Source: Squalus acanthias
Taxonomy: Eukaryota
Direction: 5' to 3'
Assembly (NCBI GenBank): GCA_030390025.1
Contig: CM059431.1
Coordinates: 119,104,001 to 119,168,000, forward strand
DNA: 64,000 nucleotides
Shown: piece by piece, positions 35,825 to 47,639 of the stretch
Layout of the letters: each line of letters opens with the position of its first letter
Numbering within the stretch: the stretch's first letter is position 1
Notes under the pieces: generated by a model
The model's database searches: none
Told to the model about the DNA's origin: nothing
The model's input: only the letters and a program-made list of their open reading frames with translations
Translations under genes and position numbers: made by a program

Positions 35825-37455
35825 TGTAAAGTTTCGCAATTATCGCGATTCAAAATAACAAGAGAGAGAAGCAGATTCGTTTGATCAGTTTTATTAAACG
35901 AAATGCTGTCATGATTATAAAGGACACAGAAGCCTGTAAAATGGCCGCTGTGCATCGTGGCAGAAGCTTCCAGAAATACAGTGGGCAGAGAAGATGGCGT
36001 CGAATAAACATTCAATATAAAATTGGATCATACTCGATAAACACTGATAAAGACAGGATGCAACCTGTTTGCATTTGGAACAATAGCAAAGATATAAGTG
36101 CTAGAATAGTTTTCCATGCACAAGTAAGGACCATTGTACTGGGCAATCGAAGGCCCATCCAGACACATCAGTACACAAATACCCCCACGGCTCTACAATG
36201 AGAGAGCCATTCACGGGTGATTAAGTCAGTATTCGAGGAGGCCCCAAAACCAGTCAGGGAGACTCCTAGCCGGTTCGACAATGGGAAAACATTAACGGAT
36301 AGTTGGCCAGTTTCAGGTGCTACCGAAACCCGTTAAAGGAAAGAATCGCCCCATGCTGGGAGTTTTGTGCACCAATATTTCACAAAGGACAAACATTAAG
36401 ATTTGAGCGGGAGATAAGGGGACACAGCACTATAACTATAGAGAACAAATGTCCATCTTCTCTTGATTCGGCCTCTTATTCTCTGGGCTCTTGACTCTCT
36501 TATCTTGCTGATGACTGCTGAAGCTCTTCCTTAGGGCTGGACATTGTTGACTCTTGACTTTTAGCCGTACTGGTCGGTTATTCGAATGTTGGGTGGAGCT
36601 CAAACGGAACGAGCCGCCTCGACAAGGGCAAGTGACCGGGTGCACCATCCCGAGGGTCGGTAAACGGTGTCTGGACCCGAAGGCCCTGAAGAGACAAGAC
36701 GAAACGAGACGAGAAGAAGAAGAACCCACGTGCCGCCACGGTCAGTAAACCCCGACCGCGCCCGAAAATATAATAAAAGACTCTTCATTGAAATCTACCG
36801 ACAACCGGTGTCGGTACAGGAAGACTCTTCTTTGAACTGTGTCGAGTCCTGTCGAGTTCTTCATGACAACAGGGAGCCCGGCCTGCTTGCCGCAGCAGCG
36901 AAGATAAACAAGTGGGGTACAGAGACCCCTCCAAACACATGACAGTCAGGCGCTGCAGCGAACGAGCCGAGTGCCTCACTTTAAAATTCTCCGAAGTATC
37001 ACGAGTGGTGAGCATGTTTCCCGATCCTACAAATCTAGATGTAGTGTAGGTATTGATAAGGGAGGGTGGTTTTATTAAGGATAAAGTATAATGTGTTACC
37101 CTTTTTACGATGTGCCGTGCGTTCTTCATTACCATAGACCAAGCTTTATGAATGTATGTATACTTGTACTCTCGTTAATTTGCGCCTATGACATGTACTT
37201 CATGATTTTGGACGCTATGCAATAAAGATTTCCATTTCGTACTATTCAACCGGGTCTATTTGAGTTTTTCTCTGCATTACTGCTCTCGCACCTAAGTCCA
37301 GTGTTAGAACCGTAAGGGCGAGTGGGTCGAACCACTCACAGGTGCTTATTGCAGCAAGGCTGGACGGAGACCAGAGCAAGCAATAGTATTAGGCAACGAA
37401 GGCCTAACCCCGCACCAGCACCGTCTGTGATACAAGCACGCTAAAACCCCTTACA
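35825..37455 (+). mobile_element. Solo LTR, 1631 bp (ERV- or Gypsy-type)
   Basis: TGTAA...TTACA termini; 4-bp TSD CCTT (35821-35824 / 37456-37459); AATAAA at 37221; cleanly splits the host Harbinger. Confidence 0.85.
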
Positions 37456-37489
37456 CCTTTAAGTAGTGAAAGAAGCCTGTGGCAATGAT

Positions 37490-39253
37490 TGGCTGGATTT
37501 TGCCAATCTCGGCGTGTCCGCGGTGGGCGATGTCTGTCGCGGTCTCGGCCTCGCAGCTGTCTCCAGCCCGCTGTCCAAAATGATTTTCCCCTGATTGGGC
37601 TTCTTAAGCCCACCCAGTGCATTTGCCGGCCAATTGAAGGAAGCAGGTGTGATGTTGTCATTTGATGACACGTCATCAGCCGATTTCCTTAAAGGGACCA
37701 TGCACAAATTGATTTTGACATTTGTGCTCTCAGTGTTCTACAGCATTGATGTGCAGCAAACACTGACAAGCATTGCACAGAGGTGCAGGGCTACACCCAG
37801 GCTCTCCCAGACTCCCTCCATATGCTTATGGAGGGAGTCACAGCATGCACGGAGGGTCTCTTCCAATCCAATGGGCAGAAGAGACCTCCCCAGAAGACCA
37901 ATGCAGCCTGGTTGCACATTGCACAGGAGGACACAAGCATGGATGTCGTCAGGAGGACCAGGCTGCAGTGGCGCAAACCTTTCAATGATCTCAGTAGATC
38001 ACGAAACATTACTGCAAAGCCATACTCAACCTCATCCTGCTGTGCCACTCATCACATCCACATCACTCTGCCTTCCCTACCCTACTCCTGCACATCCTTA
38101 CTCACACCAACTTAACTTGCACCTCCACCCATCTCTCTCTATATACATTAACACTTCCCCATCTCACTAGCCACCCCTCACACTCACCCTCATCCTAGTG
38201 CAATCATACCAACTAACAACACACAAGGGTAGGCAATGTTTATGTAAAGTTTCTGTTAATGTGGTGTAAACGATTGAAACCTTTATTTTGAACACTTTGT
38301 GTTCTTGGACAGATTTGTGTGCACCCTTGGAAGTGGCTTAGTGAGTTGCAGTGAATGGTGAGACATAACGGTACCCCCCGCAATGGTCATGAGTGTGAAG
38401 GAATGGATTGGGAATTGTAGGGATGCTTTATGGTGTTGGTGTGGGGTGGTTCCAACCTGGCGCATTATGTGGTAGCCAGGGTCTACAGCGTCAAGTGAAG
38501 TAAATCTGGCCATGGTGAGGACATCCCTGGCTTCCCGGGCAGCAATGTGGTTGGGTGCTGATGCCCTCTGTCCTGTGCAGCATCAGTTGATTGCGGAGAA
38601 GGTTGGTGTTGTTGTTGGTGCTGCTGGTGTGCCTGGTGCTGCTGGTGTTGGGGTTGATCGTGCTGGGATTCTGAGGACCAAGGTGAGATAATTTCAAGGG
38701 CATCGATGCTGATGGAACAGATGGCAGGTGAACTTGAGATGACAGAAGCGATCTGTCAATGGTGAGAGAGGCTGTTCCAATGAGGTGACACTGGATAGAG
38801 AGTTTGCTCCAAACACTTGCAACCTGCATAAAGCTCAATCTGTCTTCCAAATGCAGTTAGCAACAGCTGCTGAGCTTGGAAAGTGAACAGCTGTGACATG
38901 GGAGCTTTTATAGCACGTTTTAAGCTTTCAAGTAACGAGATGATTCCATGGCCATTCAACTCCCGCCCTGCTTACCTGACATGATCCCCGAGCAGCGTGG
39001 ACTCCGTGGGCGACCTGGTACAGTCTGAAGGTGAGCTGAAAATAGTTCTTAATGCTCTGTTAACAAAGTCATAATGACCTTAATTGCCTCCCCCACCGCC
39101 GCGTATTGGGTCTGCTCAGTGTTGACAGACCCGACATTTGGGAAAGACATGTCGTGGCTAGTTGACAGCAGAGTCCGACCTGCTGTCAAAAAAAAACACT
39201 TTCTCACCCGACCGCCACCGATGCCGTCCGCTGACCCCCGGAAAATTCACCCC
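37490..39253. mobile_element. Non-autonomous Harbinger derivative with a Myb/SANT exon (copy 2 of 3)
   Basis: TGGCTGGATTTTGCC...GGAAAATTCACCCC; flanks GAT/AAT; SLHMLMEGVTA...AWLHIAQE...RRTRLQWRKPFNDL at about 37780-38000. Confidence 0.85.
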
Positions 39254-39734
39254 AATGAGTTGCGATTAGACTGAACACGATATTGGTCCAACCTTCAAGT
39301 GTTACGTCAATGAGCTTGATTTTAAGACTTGATTTAGGACTCCAATCATTTTATTGAGCAGATTTTAGCTTTTTACCCGATGCCAAACTAGAAGTGTAAA
39401 TCTGGAGTCAGGGCCCATCTTGACTCTGATGTGAAGTGGAGTGAGACTCCCTGGAGGGTTTAGTCTCAACCTGCTTTGGTTTGACACTGTACATTCCGTG
39501 AATCTAGTACTGCATCAAACTGTGTTTACAAAGTGCTTAACATTGTAAACTCACCTAACCTCAATTTAAATGTTTAGAGAGAAGTGATCCTTCCCTTCCT
39601 GCTTTCTAAACATTTAAGGGCTGATTTTCCTCTTGGCCCTCCCTGCTGGGTGCCAGACAGGCACAACATCCTGAAGGTGTGCTGTGCCTGTAGAGGAAGA
39701 AGTGTGGCCCAAACCCACAAACTTTACCACCTCG

Positions 39735-40000
39735 ATGAACAAGGAAAGCAGGCGCATGGGAACACCAACACCTCCAAGTTCCCCTCCAAGTCACACACCA
39801 TCCTGTCTTGGGCATTCTGATCGTTCCTTTATCGCCGCTGGGTCAAAATCCTGGAACTCCCTACCTAACAGCACTGTGGGAGCACCTTCACCACACAGAC
39901 TGCAGCGGTTCAAGAAGGCGGCTCATCACCACCTTCTCAAGGGCAACTAAGGATGGACAATAAATGCAGGTCTCGTTAGCGACACCCATATCCCAAGAAT
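39735..40000 (+). mobile_element. L2/Crack-like LINE 3' fragment
   Basis: GSKSWNSLPNSTVGAPSPHRLQRFKKAAHHHLLKGN followed by AATAAA; same family as 26029-26661. Confidence 0.8.
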
Positions 40001-41289
40001 TAATTACTACATGCTACAAGCCCAGTCCATTAGCATGACTTTGATGATGTTCCAGGAGGGGCCCAGCCCTAAACATGGCTTTAGGCTGGGAATAGATGGG
40101 CAGAATCAAAAATGCAACTCCAGGCATAAGATGGCTGCACCTGCACTCCTGGCACTGGTAGTAGGGCCTTCTGACCCCGAGGCCTGAAGATCGTGCTGGG
40201 GGGTGGGGAGGAGGTTCTTGGAATTCACATAGCTCCCTTGTAGGCAAGCCTGTTACAGATCCTGCCAGGCAATGTATACACAGTTCCACCTGGCTGGAGC
40301 CCAAACTGCAGCTATTGGTCTCAGACCAATGGTTATCGCCCATTTTGTACCACTGCCCAAAACAAATTTATACCCCAATGCCTTTCAATCGACTGGGCTA
40401 TATCAGTCCTCCAGTCCATAAAGGGAACTAATTAAATCCACTCTTGTGACTAGTACTCAATCTCTCTCTGTAGCTGTGTTCAAACTCTTCAGCAGGTAGA
40501 CTTAGCTGCACTGATATATCGGCCATCAAACCTATATTTATTCATGTAATTTTTATACAGTAATTAGATATAGGAAAGTTCTCCCTGTGGTTCCAGTGTA
40601 ATCCAAGGAGACGTTTATAATCCTGATCCAAGCAGAAAGTAAAAGTAATGTTTTTCTAGCCAATTTATGTAGCCTTACAGTTATTTAAATGGCAGCAAGA
40701 CTTACTTCCCCTCCCACAATGTGACTTGAAATGAATGTTACTCGTTATTATTTTAAAGGTATTAGAAAGTCAAATTTTAACAGTTTATTTTGCAGAGAGG
40801 GTTCCACAGCATGTTACAATCAATCTTTGTGTTAAATTAAGGGAATTCAAGGATCGGCCTGCCAAAACATTGAACTGTACTACATTATGCCTCCTGTGCA
40901 AATACCACATTTGAATAATTTAAGACAGCCTTGTCAATTGTTAAACATAAAGGAAGACATAGGGAGCTGATGATATAAACATTAAAGGAGTGTGATTGCC
41001 CCAGTGCAAAGTTTCCAGACTATCTCAGTTCTTCAAACAGCTGAGAATAGCTGCCTACAGAAACTCCATCAAGAAAAAACCTAATAAGATAGCATGGATT
41101 AAGAAGGGGTAAATTCTGCCTGACAAACCTTTTTTTCTAGTTTCCTTGTGCGTATTAAGAAGAAGAAAAAAAGAAATAAGTTGCATTTATATGGTGCCTT
41201 GTCAATGAATAGTTTTTGAAGTACAGTCACTGTTGTAATGTAGATAATACAGAAAAAGTAAATAATAGTACTCCCGATGATATTGTTTG

Positions 41290-41675
41290 TTTTGGCTTTC
41301 AGAAAGCTTTCGTAAGAGCTCCACAGGAAAAAAATTCTAATTATTACAAAAGCCTCAGGATTCCAGGGTAGACTGCGCAACTGGATAAGAAACTGTTTAA
41401 AAGCAGAAAAGAGAGAGAACTCATGAGTAATGTAATGTCAGACTGGGGAGGTTGAAAGTATTGAGTAGAGGCCGGCAGGAGTCGATGCTTGGAACTCTAC
41501 TGTTCCAAATCTTCATAAATTACCTGGATACCCCAAGCAGCTATGAGCATGTTAGATCTGCTGTCCGCACCGAATTAGGAAGAGCAGTACAGCCAGCCGA
41601 TGCAGCTAAAGATTTACAAAAAAGATTTAGATTGATTATGCAATTGGGCAGACACATGGAAAATGAAATTTAAAG
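41290..41675 (+). mobile_element. Old CR1 reverse-transcriptase remnant
   Basis: Degenerate FQKAF, QESMLGTLLFQIFINYLD and W-DTWKMKF motifs. Confidence 0.55.
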
Positions 41676-41782
41676 GAAGGAAAGAGCGGGATTTTCAATG
41701 GCCAGCCGTATGTTTCTCACTTAGAAAACAGGTGACCAGCAATAGGAAATCGGAGGAAGGAACCGCTTGGCTGACCATTGAT

Positions 41783-41935
41783 TGAGAGGTCGCACAACAC
41801 CAGGTTATAGTCCAACAGTTTTATTCGATAGCTCCGAAAGCTTGTGATTTCAAATAAAACTGTTGGACTATAACCTGGTGTTGTGCGACCTCTCAATTTT
41901 GTCCACCCCAGTCCAACACCGGCATCTCCGCATCA
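41783..41935. mobile_element. Fold-back PLE family-2 terminal fragment
   Basis: Perfect 45-bp inverted repeat (41781-41825 / 41853-41897); 11-bp TSD TGACCATTGAT (41772-41782 / 41936-41946); homologous to 47294-47360. Confidence 0.8.
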
Positions 41936-42550
41936 TGACCATTGATGCCCAATTTCAGTCGGGTCTGTAAATGTGCGAGCAGCCCGCCCACCTGAAACAG
42001 GTGGGAGGCTGTTTAAATATGCAATTTAGTGTCCTATGCCAGTTATAAGACCCCAATTTCAATTTTCAGGTTCAATGAGACCTCAAAGAATAGTCCAAGA
42101 AGCTTTCAAATTTTTTTGTGGTTGGCCCAGAAGCAGCCTACACCACAATGCCCTATCTCAGGAACAAACTTGGAGAAATCAGTGCCTGTTCAGAAATCTT
42201 GCCGTATAGGTCGGCAGCTTTTTGGTTTATTTAAATAAGCGTTCTGCAAACTTGAAATAATTCAACCTCTTTACTGTGTGAAAAATCAGGGCCTTTTTAA
42301 AAAAAATCGGCTTGTGTCGTTTTTAAAACATGGATATGCTGATTTGTTAAAAAAATCAGAGACTTTGGACAGAATTTTCCTTACCTAGGCGGGTGGTGTG
42401 CGTGCAGGTCCCGTGGAGGGTCGGAACCGTGTGGTTCTGATCATCCCGCTCCTCAGAGCGACTTTCTGTTAATGGCGCCTATTAAGGCAGGCCTGCGCAT
42501 TTCCTGGCCCGATTAAATGGTGCGGATCTGATGACGTCATCGACAACGCA

Positions 42551-43722
42551 TGTACATGGACTTCCAAAAGGCGTTTGATGAAGTGCCACATAGTAGGCTT
42601 GCCAGCAAAGTTGAAGCCCAGGGAATAAAAGGGACAGTGGCAGCATGGATACAAAATTGGCTGAGTGACAGGAAACCAAGAGTAGTGGTGAACGGTTGTT
42701 TATCAGACTGGAGGAAGGTATACTGTGGTGTTCCCCAGGAGTCGGTACTAGGACCACTGCTTTTCTTGCTATATATTAATGACTTGACATGGGTGTACAG
42801 GGCACAATTTCAAAATTTGCAGATGACACAAAACTTGGAAGTATAGTGAACAGTGAGGAGGATAGTGATAGACTTCAAGAGGACATAGACAGGCTGGTGG
42901 AATGAGCAGGACACGTGGCAAATGAAATTGAATGCAGAAAAGTGCGAAGTGATACATTTTGGTAGGAAGAACGAGGAGAGGCAATATAAACCAAAGGCTA
43001 CAATTCTAAAGGGGGTGCATGAATAGAGAGACCTGGGGGTATATGTGCACAAATTGTTGAAGGTGGCAGGGAAGGTTGATAAAACAGTTAAAAAAGCTTA
43101 TGGGATCCTGGGCTTTATAAATAGAGGTATAGAGTTCAAAAGCAAGGAAGTTATGATGAATCTTTATAAAACACTGGTTTGGCCTCATACCTGGAGTATT
43201 GTGTCCAATTCTGGGCACCGCACTTTAAGAAGGATGTGAAGGCCCTAGAGAGGGTGCAGAAGAGATTTACAAGAACGGTTCCAGGGATGAGGGACTTCAG
43301 TTACGTGGACAGACTAGAGAAGCTGGGGTTGTTCTCCTTCGAGCAGAGAAGGTTGAGAGGAGATTTGATAGAGGTGTTCAAAATCATGAGGGGTCTAGAC
43401 AGAGTAGATAGAGAGAAACTGTTCCCATTGGCAGAAGGGTTGAGAACCAGAAGACACAGATTTAAGGTGATTGGCAGAAGAACCAAAGGCGACATGAGGA
43501 AAAACTTTTTTACGCAGCGAGTGGTTGGGATCTGGAATGCTCTGCCTGAAGGGCTGGTGGAGGCAGATTCAATCATGGCTTTCAAAAGGAAATTGGATAA
43601 GTACATGAAAGAAAAAAATTGCAGGGCTACGGGGAAATGGCAGGGGAGTGGGTCTAGTTGAAGTGCTCTTGCAGAGATCCGGCATGGGCTCGACAGGCTG
43701 AATGACCTCCTTCTGTGCTGAT
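42551..43722 (+). mobile_element. CR1 LINE 3' portion (distinct subfamily), frameshifted
   Basis: [55 protein letters not shown]. Confidence 0.9.
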
Positions 43723-43726
43723 TCTA

Positions 43727-44567
<841 letters not shown>

Positions 44568-44587
44568 GAAGATTCCATATAAAAGTT

Positions 44588-44660
44588 CAGCCATGATCTT
44601 ATTGAATGGCGGAGGGGCCATATGGCCTACTCCTGCTCCTATTTCTTATGTTCTTATGTT
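44588..44660 (+). mobile_element. CR1 3' tail only
   Basis: TCAGCCATGATCTTATTGAATGGCGG...(CTTATGTT)n. Confidence 0.7.
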
Positions 44661-47293
44661 CACCTTAAATTATTTAATTTAAATAATCTGTCCCCATGTA
44701 CACAGTCTAATCCCTTCATCATTTAAAATACTTCAATACTGCAGTTTCCACTGATGCCGTGGTGGACTGCAAGCTCCCTAATTCCTCTCGCATTTCTGTA
44801 CAGATGCAGAAATGGCACTTCTGTATAATTTTCAACATACCACACTGCGATCTCTGAACAGTTTTGAAGGACTGCATGATGCTTTTCTTCTTATAGATGA
44901 GCTCCCGCTATAACCAGTTCACATAAGGTAGGAATCCTGGACCCTTTAACAGAGGATCCTCTTGGTCTGACCCTCCATTTGGGTTTTTCCTGCCCCTTCA
45001 AAGCCACTTCCACTTCTTCTTCGTCACTTGAGCTGTGTGCCTCACTACTTGTTCCCTCCTTACATCCCCATGTGTTTCCTCTGAGGGCGATGTGTCTGAG
45101 CTGGTACCTGTAGCTGTGTGTGATAGATGCTTCTGTTATGGCTCAGTTTCTTGTTCATTTCTGGTGGCATGTATATCATTCTAGGAGAGCCCAACACAAA
45201 AAGAAAAGGAACATATGATATTCGGGTGCTAAACAGGAAATAACTGAGAACACAGTATTCATGCCAAAACATTGGATGACATGCATCTACTGCTGGGCAG
45301 AATTTCTTCCTCATCCGCTCCCATAACCAATGGATATGGGAGATAGCATTCAGTCATTCAATCCCCTCTGCCATGCTTGTTGCACAATGGAACATAGAAG
45401 AGGATTCCCCTCAGTTCTAAATATGGGCTAGCCCCCTCTGATTCATCTCTTCCAGCAGACCATCAGAACTATAATCATAAAAGGGGCAGTTCTGTCCATG
45501 TGCATCTGCTGACTTTCCATAGCTGAAGCCAAAAAACAAGTTTTGTTAAAATAGAGCAGCAGTTCTTCAAGGGCTGCTGCTCTCATCATTCCCCTGCCCC
45601 CTTCTATTCAGTCTTTGCTGCTTCCATGCAAAATTTAAAGGGAGCACACTCAAATTATCATAATGAGATGACCATGTTGAATCTGATGAGGTGGACTCCC
45701 CTTTTCACTTGCATGAATGATTGCTGGAATGCAGCAATCCTAACTCCATCTTTGTCAGAATCAGTGAATTGGCATTTTTACCTATTCCATTTGTCAAAAC
45801 AATTCTCACAGCATTAGTTCTTTGCAGCTCCTATCTTCCTTTTTTGTTCTCTATTCCCTCTTCTCCTTACTGGTAGCAATTCTCTTCTCTATTATTTCTC
45901 CTTCAAGCGCCGCATGTCCTGGCTACTCCAATTTAACTGTTCTCCGCTGTTTCTACCAGCTGTTTATTTTCAGAGTTGAGACAGGATTTCTTACTATTGG
46001 TCTCTGATTTGGTAACAATTGGTTTCGGAATATGTTTTGTCAGCTAATCAGAAAGGTTATTGAAGTTACAATTTATGACCTAGATTTCCATTCCCCCTCA
46101 CCCCTTCCATTTCCCCCATTGCTGACTTTTCTGTGGATCTGGGGATGGAGAACCACTTTGGGACACACTCCATGGTGTACTTGCCTTACTGAGCAACCTA
46201 TCTATTGCCTGCTCCTTGGGCCTAGCAGTGGGCAAAGGGAAATGCAAATTAGGGAAATATGTTGTCTGACATATTGCCTGTGATTTGCATTTTCCGATGC
46301 TGAATGAAAAGGAAACAATTTAGGCCCAAACATTCAGCATTCTAAGCAGAAAGGGGCTCGAATGTTTGTTTAGGACAGTAACACTATTGCAATCGCTCTT
46401 GGAGTAATGATGTGAACAGGCCTAAAAGGTGGGTCTAAAATGTTTTGCAAAAAATTGCCTGTTTCCCAGGCAGTATAGAAGCTGCTTGTAGCCTTACACT
46501 GCAACAAGCCTCCAAGGTTTTCCACTGCAAAACGCCACCCTGCTGAACCTCACAACGGAAGGTGGGTGTCTGTCTGCAATATGATAACGATCCCGGGACC
46601 AGGGGCACATTTCTGTTGCGGACAGAGACCTCCCCTCCCCCTTCCCCCCTCCCCCTTCTCCCCCCCACCCCACCCCACAGGATGCATCCCAATTTACCAA
46701 GTGCAGAAAGTCCAGGTTAGCAGAGACAGCTCAAACTTCAGATGTGATTTGTAGGCAATTCCAGGAAATGCATAAAATAACTCATCGGCAATTCACTTAA
46801 ATTAATTATCTGATTAATAGCATTTGGTGGGGAGGAGGGATAGTAAATAGTTGCTTTCATCTGGCTTGTGAAAATTGAACCATAAGGCTTATATTAGAAA
46901 GTGAAATCTATGTTAAAATATTCCCATTTTAGCATTAACTACACTTGCCAATGTGCAAACATCTCCTGGGATCACCATGCAATATTTGAACTGAGGCCTC
47001 ATCAGAAGCTCTTTTTAGCTGCTCAAAAACTGAGCATACCCATATGCTCCCCATTAATGTCAAATCATTTATTTAAACCCTCTTCTTTTCCCTGCAATCC
47101 TATCCCTCCCTTCAATTTTCTACCCCTGCTCTCCTGAAGCTACTGGCTCGGGTTGGGGTACAGTTCCACGGATGCTGACCATCCTCCAATACTTCTGCCA
47201 TGCAGTCAAGTGTGAGCCTGGACAGTCAGTGTTAGAGGGCTACTTGAACACTGAGAGTATAAAAGCTTAATCCAATATCGCCCTCTCATGATG

Positions 47294-47639
47294 TGAGAAG
47301 TCGCACAACACCAGGTTATAGTCCAACAGCTTTATTTGAAATCACAAGCTTTCGGAGCGCTGCTCCTTCGTCAGGTGAAGTGAAGAGATGCATATAGGCA
47401 CAGCATATATAGTCAGAGAACACTGCCAGATGATTACAGTTAATCTTTCTAACTGCCCTTTATCACACCTCGGCAGAGAGATAATCACGGCAATCGAAGG
47501 TGTGGATGGTGTCCAAACAGGTCAGTCAGGAAAACATTACATCAAAGACAATGAGGTGGGGTCACAAGGGGTCAAATGTGGCAGATGCTGGGGTCTGTAT
47601 GGAAAACAAAAAACTTTTTAGCTGGAAATCACAGCAGGT
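47294..47639 (-). mobile_element. Composite PLE-derived insertion
   Basis: 12-bp TSD CCTCTCATGATG (47282-47293 / 47640-47651); family-2 pLTR plus about 70 bp resembling the family-1 tail. Confidence 0.8.
47342..47378 (-). ncRNA. Minimal type-I hammerhead ribozyme (PLE-associated), intact core
   Basis: Minus strand TCAC-CTGACGA-A-GGAGC-AGC-GCTCC-GAAA-GCTT-GTGA: stem I TCAC/GTGA, stem II GGAGC/GCTCC, palindromic AAGCTT stem III. Confidence 0.8.

Larger units (their letters stand above)
33415..39362 (+). mobile_element. Near-complete PIF/Harbinger transposon fossil with two nested insertions
   Basis: Left end GGGGGAATAATTCG; transposase on +, Myb/SANT gene on -; sequence resumes across 35825-37455 and 37490-39253 as in the copy at 8800-9100; right TIR not resolved. 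Confidence 0.85.
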
